Assembly: GCF_001194135.2 (NCBI RefSeq)
Contig: NC_068981.1
Span: forward strand, 151,561,560 to 151,625,559
Length of the DNA stretch: 64,000 nucleotides
Origin: Octopus bimaculoides
Taxonomy: Eukaryota
Direction: 5' to 3'
The notes under the pieces: model-generated
The model's input: only the letters and a program-made list of their open reading frames with translations
Database searches by the model: none
What the model was told of the DNA's origin: nothing
Part shown: one piece after another, positions 11,048-25,340 of the stretch
How positions within the stretch are numbered: the stretch's first letter is position 1
Layout of the letters: the number at the start of each line of letters is the position of its first letter
Program-made: the position numbers and the translations under genes

Positions 11048-11483
11048 GATACATACATACATACATACATACATACATACATTCATGCATTCATACACAA
11101 TACACACGTGTGTGTATTTATATTTATGCATATACTCAATAATCAGCTGAAAAGCTACAAAGATGACAAAAAGTCCGAGAGTTTTGTATGTCAAAATTAG
11201 ATTTATCAAGGTTGATAGTTTTCAGGATTTAAATAAAAAAAGATATACCCCTGAATGCTGATGTTTGTTTATCTTGTTTGAACGTCCGAACCTATGTATA
11301 TTTAAAGAGCATACGCATAAAATAGCAGTCCCAAACACTGTCTTGGGATGTACTAAACTCTGAAATATAAGTACAGAAGAATAATATAATCGTGACATTA
11401 TGGCAAATTTTATTTTGCCCTCTTCCGCTCTGACATCAACAAAACGTCTATACACACTATTCAGATCAAAAATAACAACATAC

Positions 11484-11515
11484 CTGGAATGTAACTGCGC
11501 ACCTGCTAAACAAGT
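11484..11515 (-). other. Candidate 32-nt internal exon
   Basis: Minus strand atttctgctctcttgcag|ACTTG...TTCCAG|gtatgt; strong acceptor and donor, no homology evidence. Confidence 0.35.
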
Positions 11516-12879
11516 CTGCAAGAGAGCAGAAATGTGGTATTTCTGGTGCAAAGCTTCTATAGGTGTTACTTAGTCAATCCACCGATGACCTGAATATTTT
11601 AAAATCTAATCGATCACGGATGATTGGTGGGGTATGGAACACAAATGTAGCAGCTCAAACTGTTTAAAATGATCGTTTTAAAGAGCATCAATGAGAAAAG
11701 AAAACACGATTATAATCGTCAGGCATAAAGTGTGCAGTAACAAACTAATTCAGAAAATTGTTGCAACATCTCGAATTTCATAGTGATATGTTTAAATGTT
11801 TTTATTAGCTGATAACATTTAAAGTACAAATAGCAGACTCAAAGTGAAAACACTTTATGCGATAAGCATATATTAGATGAGCGAGAAAATATATGCAGAT
11901 AAGCCGTTTACTATCTATATTTATATCCTACGTAATGAACAAATCGACATTTCTGATTTTACTTTAACTGTTATTCAGCATGCTTCTTAAATATAATAAG
12001 TAGGTTGTTAAAATAAGTTCTGATATTGGCCGTATTCAGAGAATTTGATATCATGGCTGAATAGTATTGAGAAGACTGTAGTAATTGATGTACAACCTAG
12101 GATAAATAAACAAGAATAAAATAATTACGATAAAGGTAAACATATATCATATACATATCGAAACAAGGCTGCCAACCAGCCGAAAAATCTTTAGATAAAT
12201 TTACGCATATCAAAAATCCAATACCCACAAGATTTTTATCAAACAAATTTGATAAAACAAGTTATATATGCTTCAGGAAAATAATCGAGGAATAGTATAT
12301 GCATCATCAACAGAGAAAAGAGAATATCTAACATATATAGCAGAATTATCTTAATTTGATAAAAATTTATTCATCCATGTTTTGAATAGAAGTAGCTAAG
12401 ATTCATGTCTAATCACAGACAACAATATTGAACATTATATCAATGGGTGCTAATACGCAGCCCCAAGAGTTTCATGCAATAATTAAGCTGGATTTTGATC
12501 TATCTAAAGAGTTCAATGAAATAAATACTAATTGCAAGTTATTGAAAACATACTAGAATAAAACTACTAGAATAAAAACGTGTTCAGACAGTAACGATAA
12601 ATGAGCAGAAGCATGAGAAATGATGAATCCTGAGTGAAAATCTTACTCAACAAGCTTAAATTTATCGCTCAGAGAAAGCACGTCTGTATTTGAAAACAAA
12701 CCATTTTAACCTTTATGATAATTAATATTTGAAAAATCTACTCCTTGATCAAAACTGCATTCACTGCAGAGTATGTTTTGATATACTGCACGTGGTTGTA
12801 AAAATGAAATGTGATTTCTACTTTACTGTATATTTCCACGAGTGTGTATATATATATATTTGCTGTTCACACACTTCTT

Positions 12880-13994
12880 TCATTGGTGTTGCTGTGCTTG
12901 GATCCCATCGGTGAGGAAGCTTTCATCCTAACCTCTTCATCACTGCGATACGTGTTCACCAGACAAGTGTTTTTTCGTGTCAACGAACAGATGACAGCAG
13001 ATGACAGCCAGATGGGGCCAAATCAGGAGAATAGGGGCAGTTCAAAGACAAATTCACGCACACCAGCCTTTGAAACCAAGAACTTCTATGTTGGAGTAAC
13101 GTCCCGATGGAACAAGGTCCCTTTCACCATTTTCCTTGGCGTTTGATCTTCGTAACTTTTGTAACTGCCTCAGCTGGTTCGAATAGTACTTTCCATTGAT
13201 GGTGTGGACCTTTGGAACATAGTCAATAATCACAATGTCTTTTGCATTCAAAAATACTGAGGCTAGATGAAACGATCATGACCTTCTTTGGAGCAGATGA
13301 GGAGGGGTGCTTCCATTGCATGGATTATCTTTGTCTCTAGTTCAAAGTGAACTATACTGGTTTAGAAAACATTCAAAGAACTCAGCTGGATCTGCCTCAG
13401 AGAACGTCAGATTATTCCGTGACGTGATCAGCCCGGTGCGCTTTTGATCATGTGTCAGAAGACTTTGTACCCACCGAGCAGAAACCTTCGTCATAGCAAG
13501 TTCATTACAGAATATTATCAATTCTCCTATGGGATATGCTAAATTAAGTTATTATTTGATTTATAGTCAAACGTCTGTCATCCATTACCTGCGTTACCAC
13601 AAGGTGAATGCAAACAAATTTTAACTAGGTGATAGTAGTTGCAGGACGTCCACAACTTGGATCATCTTCGAGATTCTCTCTTCAACTTTTATATTCAGCT
13701 GCCCACATTTGCACTGTTAATAAATAAAGCTGGAGAGTCATCGCCTACCGTTACAACCATGTCAGCATGAATGTCCTTGGGAGCTAAACCATTTTTCTGC
13801 ACGTACTTGATGCGATGCGAAATTTTACCTATTTTCAAGAGAAGTCGCTACTAGTTACTTTGACGTTTTCTTTGAACAGTCAGATGTTAGTTTACCTGGA
13901 GAAAAACAATGCAGTTATTAATGTGTTGAAATTAGTACAAGCAAGATTTCACAGCTCTAGCATCACTCCTTCATAGCCAGCTCACCTTCGTACT
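12880..13994 (-). pseudogene. Decayed DD34D mariner transposon
   Basis: NAKDIVIIDYVPKVHTINGKYYSNQLRQLQKL matches the mariner catalytic region; collinear with the copy at 35040-35755; TIR-like gtacgaagg at the right end. Confidence 0.8.
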
Positions 13995-15980
13995 TTCAGT
14001 TTCTTTCCGGTCAGGGTAACAATCATGAACACTCGAGTCCGCGACGAAACTTTTGAACAGATTCTCAATTTTTGATTTATCATGTGTAATTAACATCAAA
14101 TAAATCTATTTTCATACGTTAATCATTGTCCAATCTTTTCCGTGTACATTTATTTGCATTTCTGAATACGATGAAAGCTCTACTTGAATGATGCACGCAT
14201 TGTCGATTGTCTGCAAAATTGAAATAAAAATTAAACACTGAGTAAGATTTTTTCTTATTTATTGTATTCTTATTTGTAGCTATTTGGTTTAATGTTCTCT
14301 GCATTAAACATTTATTACATAGTAGAGAAAGAAACAACAATTACAACAAATAATTTTGGAGTTGTATTTGAAATCATGTGTTGAAACTGAAGCATTGTGG
14401 AAGAGGCATTTCATTTATGATCTGGTCAACACAAAGTTCCAATGCAACTGCTATGGAACTGCGTCAGTGATCTGGTCATTGCTGTGCCACATTTTGACAG
14501 GTAAGGAAATAAATTTCAAACTCAAATGGAAGTGAAATTAATATCTTTGCGCATCATTAAACGGCTTTTCCACAATATCGTGACTACAAATAATATTGTA
14601 AGAGTATAAAGTTGCACAAAGAAATATATTATATGTTTTCATAAAAGCGTAAACAGATTTAAAATATCTGGGTTAAATATGGTGAGTTTAGGCATTTAAA
14701 ACCATCTATTTAGAGAAGCATGGAATACATTATCAGTTTAGATTAATTTTATTTTTAAAAGAATTATGTTGATTTGATATTAAGATCATTACTTCAAAAA
14801 TATTTTTAAAATGAAAATTTTTCATACATACTACATATAAACTGAGACTTGAAAAACAATGTAACAACAAACTGGTTGTTATTGCAGTAAGTTTAGTTTA
14901 TAGATTTCTGATATACTTTCATGAATATAATTGCTCATTCATACAAAGATATTTTCGAAGTATTTGATTATCTGACGCATAGACTCCTCGTTCTGTCTAT
15001 CAATAGTAGAATTAGAATAGCTGGTGTGTTACAAGGAACTTTTGTTTATATTTGCAACAAAATATCGAATTTTACTTTACTTATACATATCATATCTTTT
15101 CCTTACTACTGAATACCTTAAATCTTATAGAATCTCAGAAGCAGGAAACTTTAACTGGACATATTTTGATACTAAAGAATAAAAAAGTGTCTGCATTGTA
15201 ATTCTCTTCAAATATTACTCAAGCATTTATCTTTAATGGATAAACTGAACTATGTCAATGTTAGTTATTAGAATGGAATCTGAAATTCTATTTGCAATCT
15301 AAGTTGACATTTGCCAGACTTAATTATTTTCTATAGATCTCTAAACTGGTAAGAGCCACCTGCAATTTCTTTGGAAATCTTACTAAAGAGGATAAATGGA
15401 TGGATACTATGATTGTAACAACGTAAAAGAACTGGTCGGTCAAAGAATTTCATAAAATTGGAAACTACGCCATGCACACTATAGAATATACAAAAAGAAG
15501 AAAATCGTTGAGAATTAACTACGACAATGTTTTACTGTTCAGTTACATTAAAATGCTAGTGAAACATTAATGTAGTATATAGTGTATCATGTGTACGCAC
15601 AGAATGTGCAGTAAGTACTTAGAAAGGATACAAGTATCCGCATTTGGTACATCTTTCATATAATTTATTATTCTAATTTTCAAAATGTGAATAGAAGTGA
15701 TGTCTGTCAAATTATCAGATTCTTAAATTTATTGCGAAGAGTATAGTTAGGTTAAAATCCACTCTCATTCCTCACTGATACTTATCGATTCTAAATGGAC
15801 GTTTCCCTAAGTTGACGTTAGTAGAATTCGAAATCAGAATATGAAAAGTGATACATTCTAAATATAACAATGTGAATATATCGGTCACAATTTGTTTGTA
15901 TTTGCGAAAGGAGGGGTATAGTAGGTTATACTGAGAAACTTATTACATTTTGTTTTTTTGAACTCACAATAATTACATAT

Positions 15981-16150
15981 TGATTTCAAATTTTGGCCCA
16001 AGGGCATGAATTTTACGGAAAGGTATAAGTTGACTGCATCGACCTCTATTCAACTGGTACATTTTTACCCCAAAAGATGAAAGGCAAAGTCGACCTGCTG
16101 CATAGCCTTTTGCCCAGCGTGCTAACGATTCTGCCAGCTCGCCGCCTTAT
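15981..16150 (-). mobile_element. Family A SINE with internal deletion
   Basis: Reverse complement begins ggcggcgagctggcagaatcgttagcacgctgggc. Confidence 0.85.
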
Positions 16151-17891
16151 AATAATTACACATTAAATTTAAAACATTGGTTAATGAAGAAAAAAAAACT
16201 TGACGTTTCTTTGTGTGCGTGGGTGTGGGGGAGTGCGTACATGTGTGTATGTGTGTTTGTGTGTGCGTTTATTGTGTGTGTGCGCGCGAGCATGTGTGTG
16301 TGTGTGTCTGAGGGGGTAAACTTAATTTAAACCACAGTAACCTTTTTATCGACTATAGCAGACGACGAACAGTAACATCCTTGATCTTTTTCAGAGCCTC
16401 ATAGAGTAGAGGGAAGATGTTACCCTCAGACTGGAGACCTGTCCAGAATGCTTACAAGAAAGAACTGGCTAATGTCTGTGGTGTATAATTCAGGAACAGA
16501 CTAACTCTCTCAGCAAAGAACAAAAGCAGCCCTCTTGAATTATCTGCCTCAAATTTCACTAATAGAACATTGGTCAACCGGGAGCTATGGAAGAAGACAC
16601 TTCCTAAACGTGCCTCACATTCGGATCGATTCCGAAAAAGAGTAGTTGTGAAGAAGACTTTCTAAGCATACAATTATGTATTACGCCCACTGATTACATT
16701 GTGTGTACATATATCTATGAGATTTTATGGAAGTTTGATCTTTCTGAATGAAATGCTTCTTAGTCATACGCTTTTTGACATTCGTGTCATATATTTCTTT
16801 ATAAATGTTATTCAAAATGGTTTTGCAAGTCTCAGAAGTATTCCCCAGAAAATTATGCGTACATGGAAGTTTATCCCACTGTGCAGAATAAATGCTTCCA
16901 GCAAAATCCACAGGTTAACCAATATCTTGAGAGAAAATTGACTGAAGGACACTGTGTTGGAGCGCCCCGCCCCCGTATGTCTGCTCTCATATCTTTATCC
17001 ATCTGTCTACTGTGTATATATATATATATATATATATAAAGNNNNNNNNNNTGTGTGTGTGTGTGTGTGTGTGAGTGAGTGTGTGTGTCTGCATATGTGC
17101 TTGTGTGTGCGCATGTGTGAGCGTGTGAGTGCATGTGTTCAAAATTAAGAGAATAAAAATGCAAAATGAAAAAATAGGTAAACATTAGTTTCACGTTCAA
17201 TGTGTGATAAAGAAAGCAGAGGTGTTTTTGACATTGGTATGCCCTTCTTCAGAAATTTTAATAGTTATGAAAAAGAAATAGAGTACGGGAAGCAATTGAA
17301 AAGTGTGACGAGGAGAAATGTGTATCGCTTCGTGCAAAGTCGTTTTGAAAAGTGTCGAAGAAGGAATAAGGCTTTATACATACATGGACAACAGTAATCC
17401 TATGTAAATCATGTATATGTGTGCATCTAATTTTAATGTATATAGAGCAGTGTGTGTGTGGGAGGGTATAATTAAGAAAACTGTATGTGTATCATGTATG
17501 GTTATGAATTCCGTATGTGTATGTTTTTGCGAAGGGTTATAAATATTAATAATTTTTAAAGAGTTTGTTTTTATCGCTTTAATTATTTCATCGTGTGTGT
17601 GTATGATATGTGTATGTGCATGTGTGTATGCGTGTGTGCATTGTGAATTCAAGGTTAGAGTTAGTATATGCGTGTGCGCGTTTGTATATGTGTTAACTGT
17701 GTATAAGGTGATGAAGTGTATGTTAAAGAAAGAGTGTACTGGTTGAGTCCATTCGAATGGAAATTTGAGGAATGAAAATGGGTTCTCTTCGTGCTTAAGA
17801 TGAGAATTTGAGAAACTACTGCGCAGGGCTGCAATGAACACGGAGAATATTCATCCACCTATGTAGTATCGATTACTCCCCTCCTTATTCG

Positions 17892-17925
<34 letters not shown>

Positions 17926-20597
17926 ACGAGCAAAGTAGTAGCTAGTTCTAAAATCTCTAAACGCGATATATGTACTAACAATACTAGACGGTAACATTTT
18001 TGCCATTAACCCCAGCAAAACGCCTTTTGCAGCTGCTTAAAATTATTATTTTTAATAATTTTTACACTTTAGACTTATATTTAAATATTTTAACTGTCGA
18101 GTGAGATAATTCCTTGCTGAATTTATATTCACTGCTGTATTATTCTGGCTCGGCACCATGATTGAGGTCATTTGATTTCAATTCTTGAGGTGTAACGATG
18201 AAACTCAGTATACACGTGTTTCCTTTGTGTTTCACTACGTATTCGTGTTCTATAATTATATGTCCCAGCGATTCTACTGAAGATCCAAGGATAGTTAATT
18301 CATCAATTGATTGATTAATTAATTGATTTATTTAATCATTAATGGTGAAACTTTGGAGTATAGAATTGACTGATATTTTAATCCTTTTAAATTGTCCTAC
18401 TCGCTTTCAATGAAAGTGCTCTATATAAGAATGTTCTTTCGTGGTTTAGGAATTTGACCGTCCTTTTTAGCATTCAAAAAGACCACATAGTGGTCTTCTC
18501 TCCGCGTATAAATTTTATACACTCATATATATTGTAAAAATATTTATGTTTACTGACATTTTCTACGCATACNNNNNNNNNNNNNNNNNNNNNNNNNNNN
18601 NNNNNNNNNNNTATATATATATATATTTATGAGAATAATATCTTATTACATAATAGAACTAACGGCCAAAAGTATGTAATATATTTGAATCAGTCTATTC
18701 ATATACCTGATTTAGTTATACAATTTATAAAAGTGGAATTTAAATACAGTGATACAGTGGTCATTTAGGATTAGATTAAGTGTTTGCTAAAAAGAATATA
18801 ATGCGATTTAAAGCTATTGTCAAGTGGGACTCTCTTTTCATGACCACAGGGATGTTGTAAAAATAAGACCGACGTTTAAGATAGTCTAAATCATCATTAA
18901 TGCAAAGATGGTTAAATTCTATGGATATATACAGCAGTAAAGTTTAGCGAGAAAAATATCAATGCAGAAGATTTTACAGATATTTGCACTGTTAAGTTAA
19001 AAATCAATGCGCATTTTACAAGCTCATTTCCACCTAATCATTAGCTATAATTACACACGCCATAATAATGCTTGTCTGTACTTGATTCACTTTTTAACAT
19101 CAGCTTCAGAACTTACTATTTCGAGTATGTTGTTTCTAAATACGTCTAATAAATGTAAATGATTGCCTGATTACTAAATCAACTTCTGATGCATTGATCA
19201 TAAAGCTTATTACAGCCTAAATTTGTGGTCGCATAAAATATCTCAGCTTTAATTTTTCTGGAACTATATAGTATAAAGTTTTGTCAGAATAGTAATTTAA
19301 CCACTCGATAAAATATTGATTGAAATAAATAATGGTTTAGATATTAACAGTTTAACACTCTAAAGGATGGTTTCCCAGTAAGACTACAGTCCAATTCGTG
19401 AAACTTATAAAAGAACTTTAAAGATTGGAGAGTTTGCTGCTTGTGAAATCAGTTCGAGCAAACTACGTAGAAGCAATCCTAATAAATTTTACATGTACTT
19501 CTGTTAACGAGAAACGAATATAAGTATCATGTCATACTCATAGAAACATGTATTTTTGATACATTTGGTGAAAGTAAGCAGACTTGCCAGTATGGAACTA
19601 TATTAAAAACCTTAACCGATAAGTAGATGTTTATATAAGAAATATCGCTATCGCATCCCCACTGTCAAATGTTTGGTAATTTTTCTCATTCCTATCTGTC
19701 TATTTATCTATCTATCTGTCTATCCATCTGTCTGTCTATCTATACTTTTATCTATCTTTTTACATACATATGTACACACACATATGATGGGTTGATATGC
19801 AATATATTTAAATATAATTAACGCGCATATAAAATATATTAATATATATATATAAAAAAAGGTAGATTTCAATACAAGAAATAAAAAATAAATCATTAAA
19901 ACAAGAAATATAATACATAAAGAATATCCTGGATCAATTTAATGTCCCATACTTAGGAAATCTTCGGTAGACAGAAATTCATTATTGAAGATGATGGGCG
20001 AAATTATTCACTATTTAATAATTTACAGAACTTCTAGCTTGATAAAGATTTGACATGAATTCCCTATACGTTTTGAAAGTATACATTTATACGTCATTGT
20101 CTTTAAGGAAAAATAACTGCCAAGAAACATGTGGTGTTGTACATTCTCAGAATGCATTGTGAATAAATGAATGGATAACCATAAATTGAATTTCAATAAA
20201 TGCATATATATAGTTAGAAAATGTATATATATATATATGAGTAAGCACAATCAACTTCATTAGGGAGAAGTGTGTCTCTGAATGTGTGTGCACATCTGAC
20301 TGTGGATTTTAATGTAATTTATATGAAAAACCTAATGACTCACTATCAATCGTTACATATTAACGATTTAACATTTTTTTCAACTTTTCAGAAATTCAAA
20401 CGACATTTATCCATTAAAAACACGGAGCTTGCGGTGGATTATATGCTTGAAGAGGTACAAAGCAGATGCTTAGTACAAAATTATAACGCATTTTTTATCT
20501 TAAATTTTTACCTGTTTTTAGACTAACATTTATGCTGACTATTAGTTTAACTATTTCAATTTTATTCTCATTTCATTTTCAATTACTTTTTGATTTG

Positions 20598-21510
20598 TTC
20601 TTTTTTTTTTACGGAATCCCACGTTTTTGGTNNNNNNNNNNNNNNNNNNNNNNNNNNNNNNNNNNNNNNNNNNNNNNNNNNNNNNNNNNNNNNNNNNNNN
20701 NNNNNNNNNNNNNNNNNNNNNNNNNNNNNNNNNNNNNNNNNNNNNNNNNNNNNNNNNNNNNNNNNNNNNNNNNNNNNNNNNNNNNNNNNNNNNNNNNNNN
20801 NNNNNNNNNNNNNNNNNNNNNNNNNNNNNNNNNNNNNNNNNNNNNNNNNNNNNNNNNNNNNNNNNNNNNNNNNNNNNNNNNNNNNNNNNNNNNNNNNNNN
20901 NNNNNNNNNNNNNNNNNNNNNNNNNNNNNNNNNNNNNNNNNNNNNNNNNNNNNNNNNNNNNNNNNNNNNNNNNNNNNNNNNNNNNNNNNNNNNNNNNNNN
21001 NNNNNNNNNNNNNNNNNNNNNNNNNNNNNNNNNNNNNNNNNNNNNNNNNNNNNNNNNNNNNNNNNNNNNNNNNNNNNNNNNNNNNNNNNNNNNNNNNNNN
21101 NNNNNNNNNNNNNNNNNNNNNNNNNNNNNNNNNNNNNNNNNNNNNNNNNNNTCGTATCACTACGGGAAATTACTCTGAAAGAAATCTTTGCAAAAAGGTG
21201 AGTAGATTGATTACATTATGTTATCGCAGTTTCGTGAGATTTGGCTGTTATTTCTAGCATGTGCATAGCCTGCTTGAAGGCCTGAGGGTATATATTCTGT
21301 TTTTTCTTTCTGTTGAAAGATTGAAATTTTATAAACAAATTTTTTTCAGAATCGTAATCGTATTTTTCTACGTATTTTCACAAAAAAGTGAAAAATAGGA
21401 GGGGAGGGGGGTAATTGAAATTTTGAAAATGTGATTTTTGGAAATTCATTTTTCAGAATTGGATCCTCCATAAGCAAAAACGTGAGATTCCGTAAAAAAA
21501 AAATCAATAT
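20598..21510. mobile_element. Putative DNA element with inverted repeats flanking an assembly gap
   Basis: ttttacggaatcccacgtttttg (about 20608-20630) versus caaaaacgtgagattccgtaaaa (about 21475-21497); the interior is mostly N. Confidence 0.5.
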
Positions 21511-22332
21511 ATATCAATTTTACCGGAAGTTATGACGGAAAAATCGGGTCTTGTGAATTTTCCGAAAGTCCCCTCCCCGTCACCCAGGGTCGTCAGCGCG
21601 TATTTTTTTTCTTCCATATTCGTTTTCTACATACTTGTTAACACTTACCAGAATGTTTTATTTATTTATTTATTTATTTATTTATTTTGTTCCCGTGTGA
21701 AGATCTTTATATTGACCCCGGTTCCTCGTAGGTACGAAATAAACGTGGCTGCAGTTGTTTAGCCGCAGATAAATTGTGATCGAACAAATCTTAGATGAAA
21801 TGCCTAACTATCATAATCACCTCGTTGTTCTGCATATCAGGGAAAACTTTATCTAAAATATATCTTTAGACTGTACTGGATGCTTTGAGAAAGATTTGAC
21901 TACCATTTTCATTAGGCCGAGCCACTGTCCGTGTACGAATTGCCTTCTTGTACACCACAAACATACAAAAGATTATTATTAAGCAGAAATGCAACAGGCA
22001 AACCAGACGATGCTTTTGTGTCAGTAAAGATAGTTAGATAGACAGGCAAATAGATAGATAGATAGATAGATAGATAGACAGATAGATAGATGCAGTTATA
22101 TTTATATACATTTCACTATAATAAGACGTTATTAATTTTTAATTAACATAATTAAAGAACATAATTAATTAAAGAACATGAATAGCATAACTTTGGAACA
22201 CTGAAAACGTCTCACGAGAATATATATATAGTATCAAAGATTTGTGGGCGAAAATGCAAAGATAAAGCAAAGCGATTGTTTAAATATCTGTAGAAAATTC
22301 TAAACTAATTTTATACTACCCTTTTTTCTCTT

Positions 22333-22439
22333 ATATCATGATATGGAACATAATATCATGATATGGAACATAATAACATGATATGGAACATAATAACATG
22401 ATATGGAACGTAATAACAAGATAGGGAACATAGTAACAT
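22333..22439. repeat. 20-bp minisatellite, about 5.3 copies
   Basis: Unit ata(t/a)catgatatggaacata, degenerating rightward. Confidence 0.95.
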
Positions 22440-22479
22440 CGAAAACTAATCAGTAATATGGTTAGTCCATATTACTCCG

Positions 22480-22670
22480 TAAGGGAAATGGGGCCGGTTT
22501 AACGGTTTCTTCCGCATATGTATTCAGCCTTGGATGAGACGTCGGTCCGTCGCAGCAACGTGAAATGAAGTGTTTTGCTCAAGAACACAATGCATCATCC
22601 GATCCAGGAATGGAAACCACAATCTTATTATCATGAGTTCAACCCCCTAACTACTAAGCCATGCGTTCCA
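22480..22670 (-). mobile_element. tRNA-derived SINE, family C
   Basis: Reverse complement has an A-box-like tggcttagtagttagg and tgtgttcttgagcaaaacacttcatttcacg, shared with 52215-52355. Confidence 0.75.
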
Positions 22671-24410
22671 CATTCAGTAATATGGGAACAGTTTATTTTT
22701 ACAAGAATATATTTACATATCATTCGTTATTGTTCTCTCACCGACAGCGTTTGTGTTAAAAGCGTGCTTGTATAAGTAATATGCCAATATTTAGAAACAT
22801 GTCTTGATTTTTAAACATGATATTCATGGAACCATAGTGCGGACGGAAAATCCTGAGACTAATTCGAAGACAATGTGCTATACTTGAGATTTCTAACTTG
22901 AGATTTCACTTAGTAAAATACAAATTGAATACTTGGTTGAGAAAAGTACAGCAATTAGAGAATCAAATGACGGATCTGATTACATAATAGCATCTTTCAT
23001 AAATATAAATACACCTATTAATATAGTACCATAAAAGCAGCTGATTCACAGAATCACTAGAGCACAGGACTAAGTACTTTGCTATATTTATCTATGGCTC
23101 TTCCCCTTCTGAGTTCAAATACTGTGGAATTCGGCTTTCTTTTTTCATCATACCTTGGGTGATAAAACAAAGGTACTTCATCACTTTAATATTTTCCAAA
23201 GCAATGTTTGTGAATCTCTGTCGATGTAAGAAATCAAGAACGTAGTATTTAACCTTTTCAATCGAAATTAAACATTAAAAAAAATATATCATTAAGAAAT
23301 ATACGTCAGCAGGTTATGGTTCCAAATATACGCTTATTAACAACTTAGCTTAAGCATTTAATAGATTTTCTTATCGCATCCAAGATGTAATGGTTCACTG
23401 AGTTGATATTATATACAACATTAAGATAGCAGATAATGCTAACATATTGCAAGATATAAATATTCTGAACTATAATGTGTGTGAGTACACAAACACACAC
23501 ACACACACACACACACNNNNNNNNNNCACACACACACACACACACACTTACATGCACACACATAGCGTCAGTGAAATACGCATCAATTAAGTTACATATA
23601 GCCTCAAACACGAATATAAAGCGTAGTATAGTTGCCATAGTTACTTTTCTGAAGACTTTTTCGCTGTTACACTTTTATAAAGCTCTTATCGAGAAACCTC
23701 AACACCGACTGAGAATACGATATTTTCTTTCCTTGTCGCTATGATATAGTCTACAGCAGTAGCTTAAGATAGAATGAAAATAACACTTAATTGAAGTCAC
23801 AAGAAATGAAGACGGACTTCACGCAGCAATATTGCTATAGCATTATTTTCGCGTAATAAGTGTATGTATGTGCGCGCGTATATGTGTGTGTGTGTGTATG
23901 TGTGTATATATGTATTTATATATATATGTATATATATTTATATATATTTATGTAACTAATATTTTATCGCATATATATGTCTATATATGTATATACATAT
24001 ACGTATGCATATATAAACACACATTTATATATGTATATATATATGTATGGATGTATGTATGTATGCATATAAGAAATAGTGATACAACAAGGCACCAACG
24101 TTTGCAGGAAATAGCAGTCGATAACGATACGATGCTAAGTATGGTGCATTATTTGGCTCAAAAGTGATACTATTGTATTGCAATGATATTTAATATGTAT
24201 ATACATAATCGAAATATGTTACAAAAATAAAATAGAAACTACACGTAGAAATGTAAGGGGAAAGTAAGAAGAAAAATAAGCGAAAATGCACATTGGAAAT
24301 CAAAAAAAGTAAAGGCTTTTTATGAAAGGTAACGATAGGTATATACAAATAGTTGAACTGAGGTAGGAATAAAAGTAATAAAAATCATTATTGTGAATTG
24401 TTAAAGAGAT

Positions 24411-24454
24411 TCAAAAGCATACCGGTTTCGTAATGTCACTAATCATTGCTTTGA
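24411..24454 (-). ncRNA. Minimal type I hammerhead motif with a variant A3-U8 core pair
   Basis: AAAGCA-ATGATTA-GTG ACAT TAC-GAAA-CCGG-TA-TGCTTT; perfect 6-bp stem I, G10.1-C11.1 pair, palindromic stem III, GUA triplet. Confidence 0.7.
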
Positions 24455-25340
24455 ATGCACACCGATTACTGAACGGTGTCAGGTCTACTAGTCCCTGAAT
24501 AAAAGATAATGTGTAAGGGAGGTAAGTTGTTGTGGATTTGGTGCAATTAGGGTATCTAGGTCTGTAATGTGAATGGTGTATGGGATGTAGGGGGGGTAGT
24601 AATATTAATTGAACGGTTAGTCGCGTTCTGCATTATGTAATGTGTTCATATTTAGTTGTGGAAGATATTTATTGATGAAAGTTGCCTCTTTATTCATCCT
24701 TTGTTGTATTGAGGTGTTCTGTGAACATTGATAGAAGGGAAAAATTAGGAAATTAGGATTAAGATTCCTCGCACACCTTTCTATATGTCCACTGACATGT
24801 ATCTGTCTCTATTGTGGGTGGCGGATTTGTTTTTTGTGGAGAGTAGTTCTTCGACGGAGTGATATTCCTGTTTGACCAATATAATTATTACCACACCCTA
24901 AGCATGTAATGGCACAGGTTAGATTTTCTAAGGCACAGGTGAAATTTGATTTAATCTTAAATATTTCACCTTGTTTAAAGTGGAACTCTGAACCCTCCAA
25001 AAGGTGGGGGCAAGTACCACAGTTAGGTCGACCCCATTTTTTCACTTTTAGTTCTGTTGTTAATGAATATATTCTGGCGCTGGTTAATACTTTTTTCAAT
25101 GATATAAGTTGCATTTTGCTTTTGATAATTTTGTTTGAGCCTAAAATTTTGCTCATTGTTTTATCTCTTGTGAGGATGGGTGGATTTTGGATGATAATGT
25201 TAAAGGCTTCGTTGTTTCTAGGGTTATGTGTGGAGATGTATGGGAGTATTTTTAAGTGTGGTTTAGTATTTCGGATGACTTCCCTTAATGTTCGTATATC
25301 TATTTCCTTAGCTCGTTTAATTCCACGTTTTTTTTTCGTG
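24455..25340 (-). pseudogene. Penelope-like element (Neptune-like), GIY-YIG endonuclease region and 3' UTR
   Basis: WGRPNCGTCP...CAITCLGCGNNYIGQTGISLRRRTTLHKKQI..*..HVSGHIERC...KEATFINKYLPQLN; one in-frame TAG at 24809-24811, ORF ends near 24616. Confidence 0.9.

Noticed and set aside
12000-12700. Possible very old Penelope remnant (NRGIVY-like peptide, ATGATGA...GAAA motif near 12620)
   Set aside because: Too degenerate; no stems and no continuous frame.
17200-17397. 65-aa non-repetitive ORF MCDKESRGVF...
   Set aside because: No recognisable domain or splice support; this length is expected by chance.
22333-22439. CRISPR-like array
   Set aside because: Tandem units without unique spacers, in a eukaryotic context.
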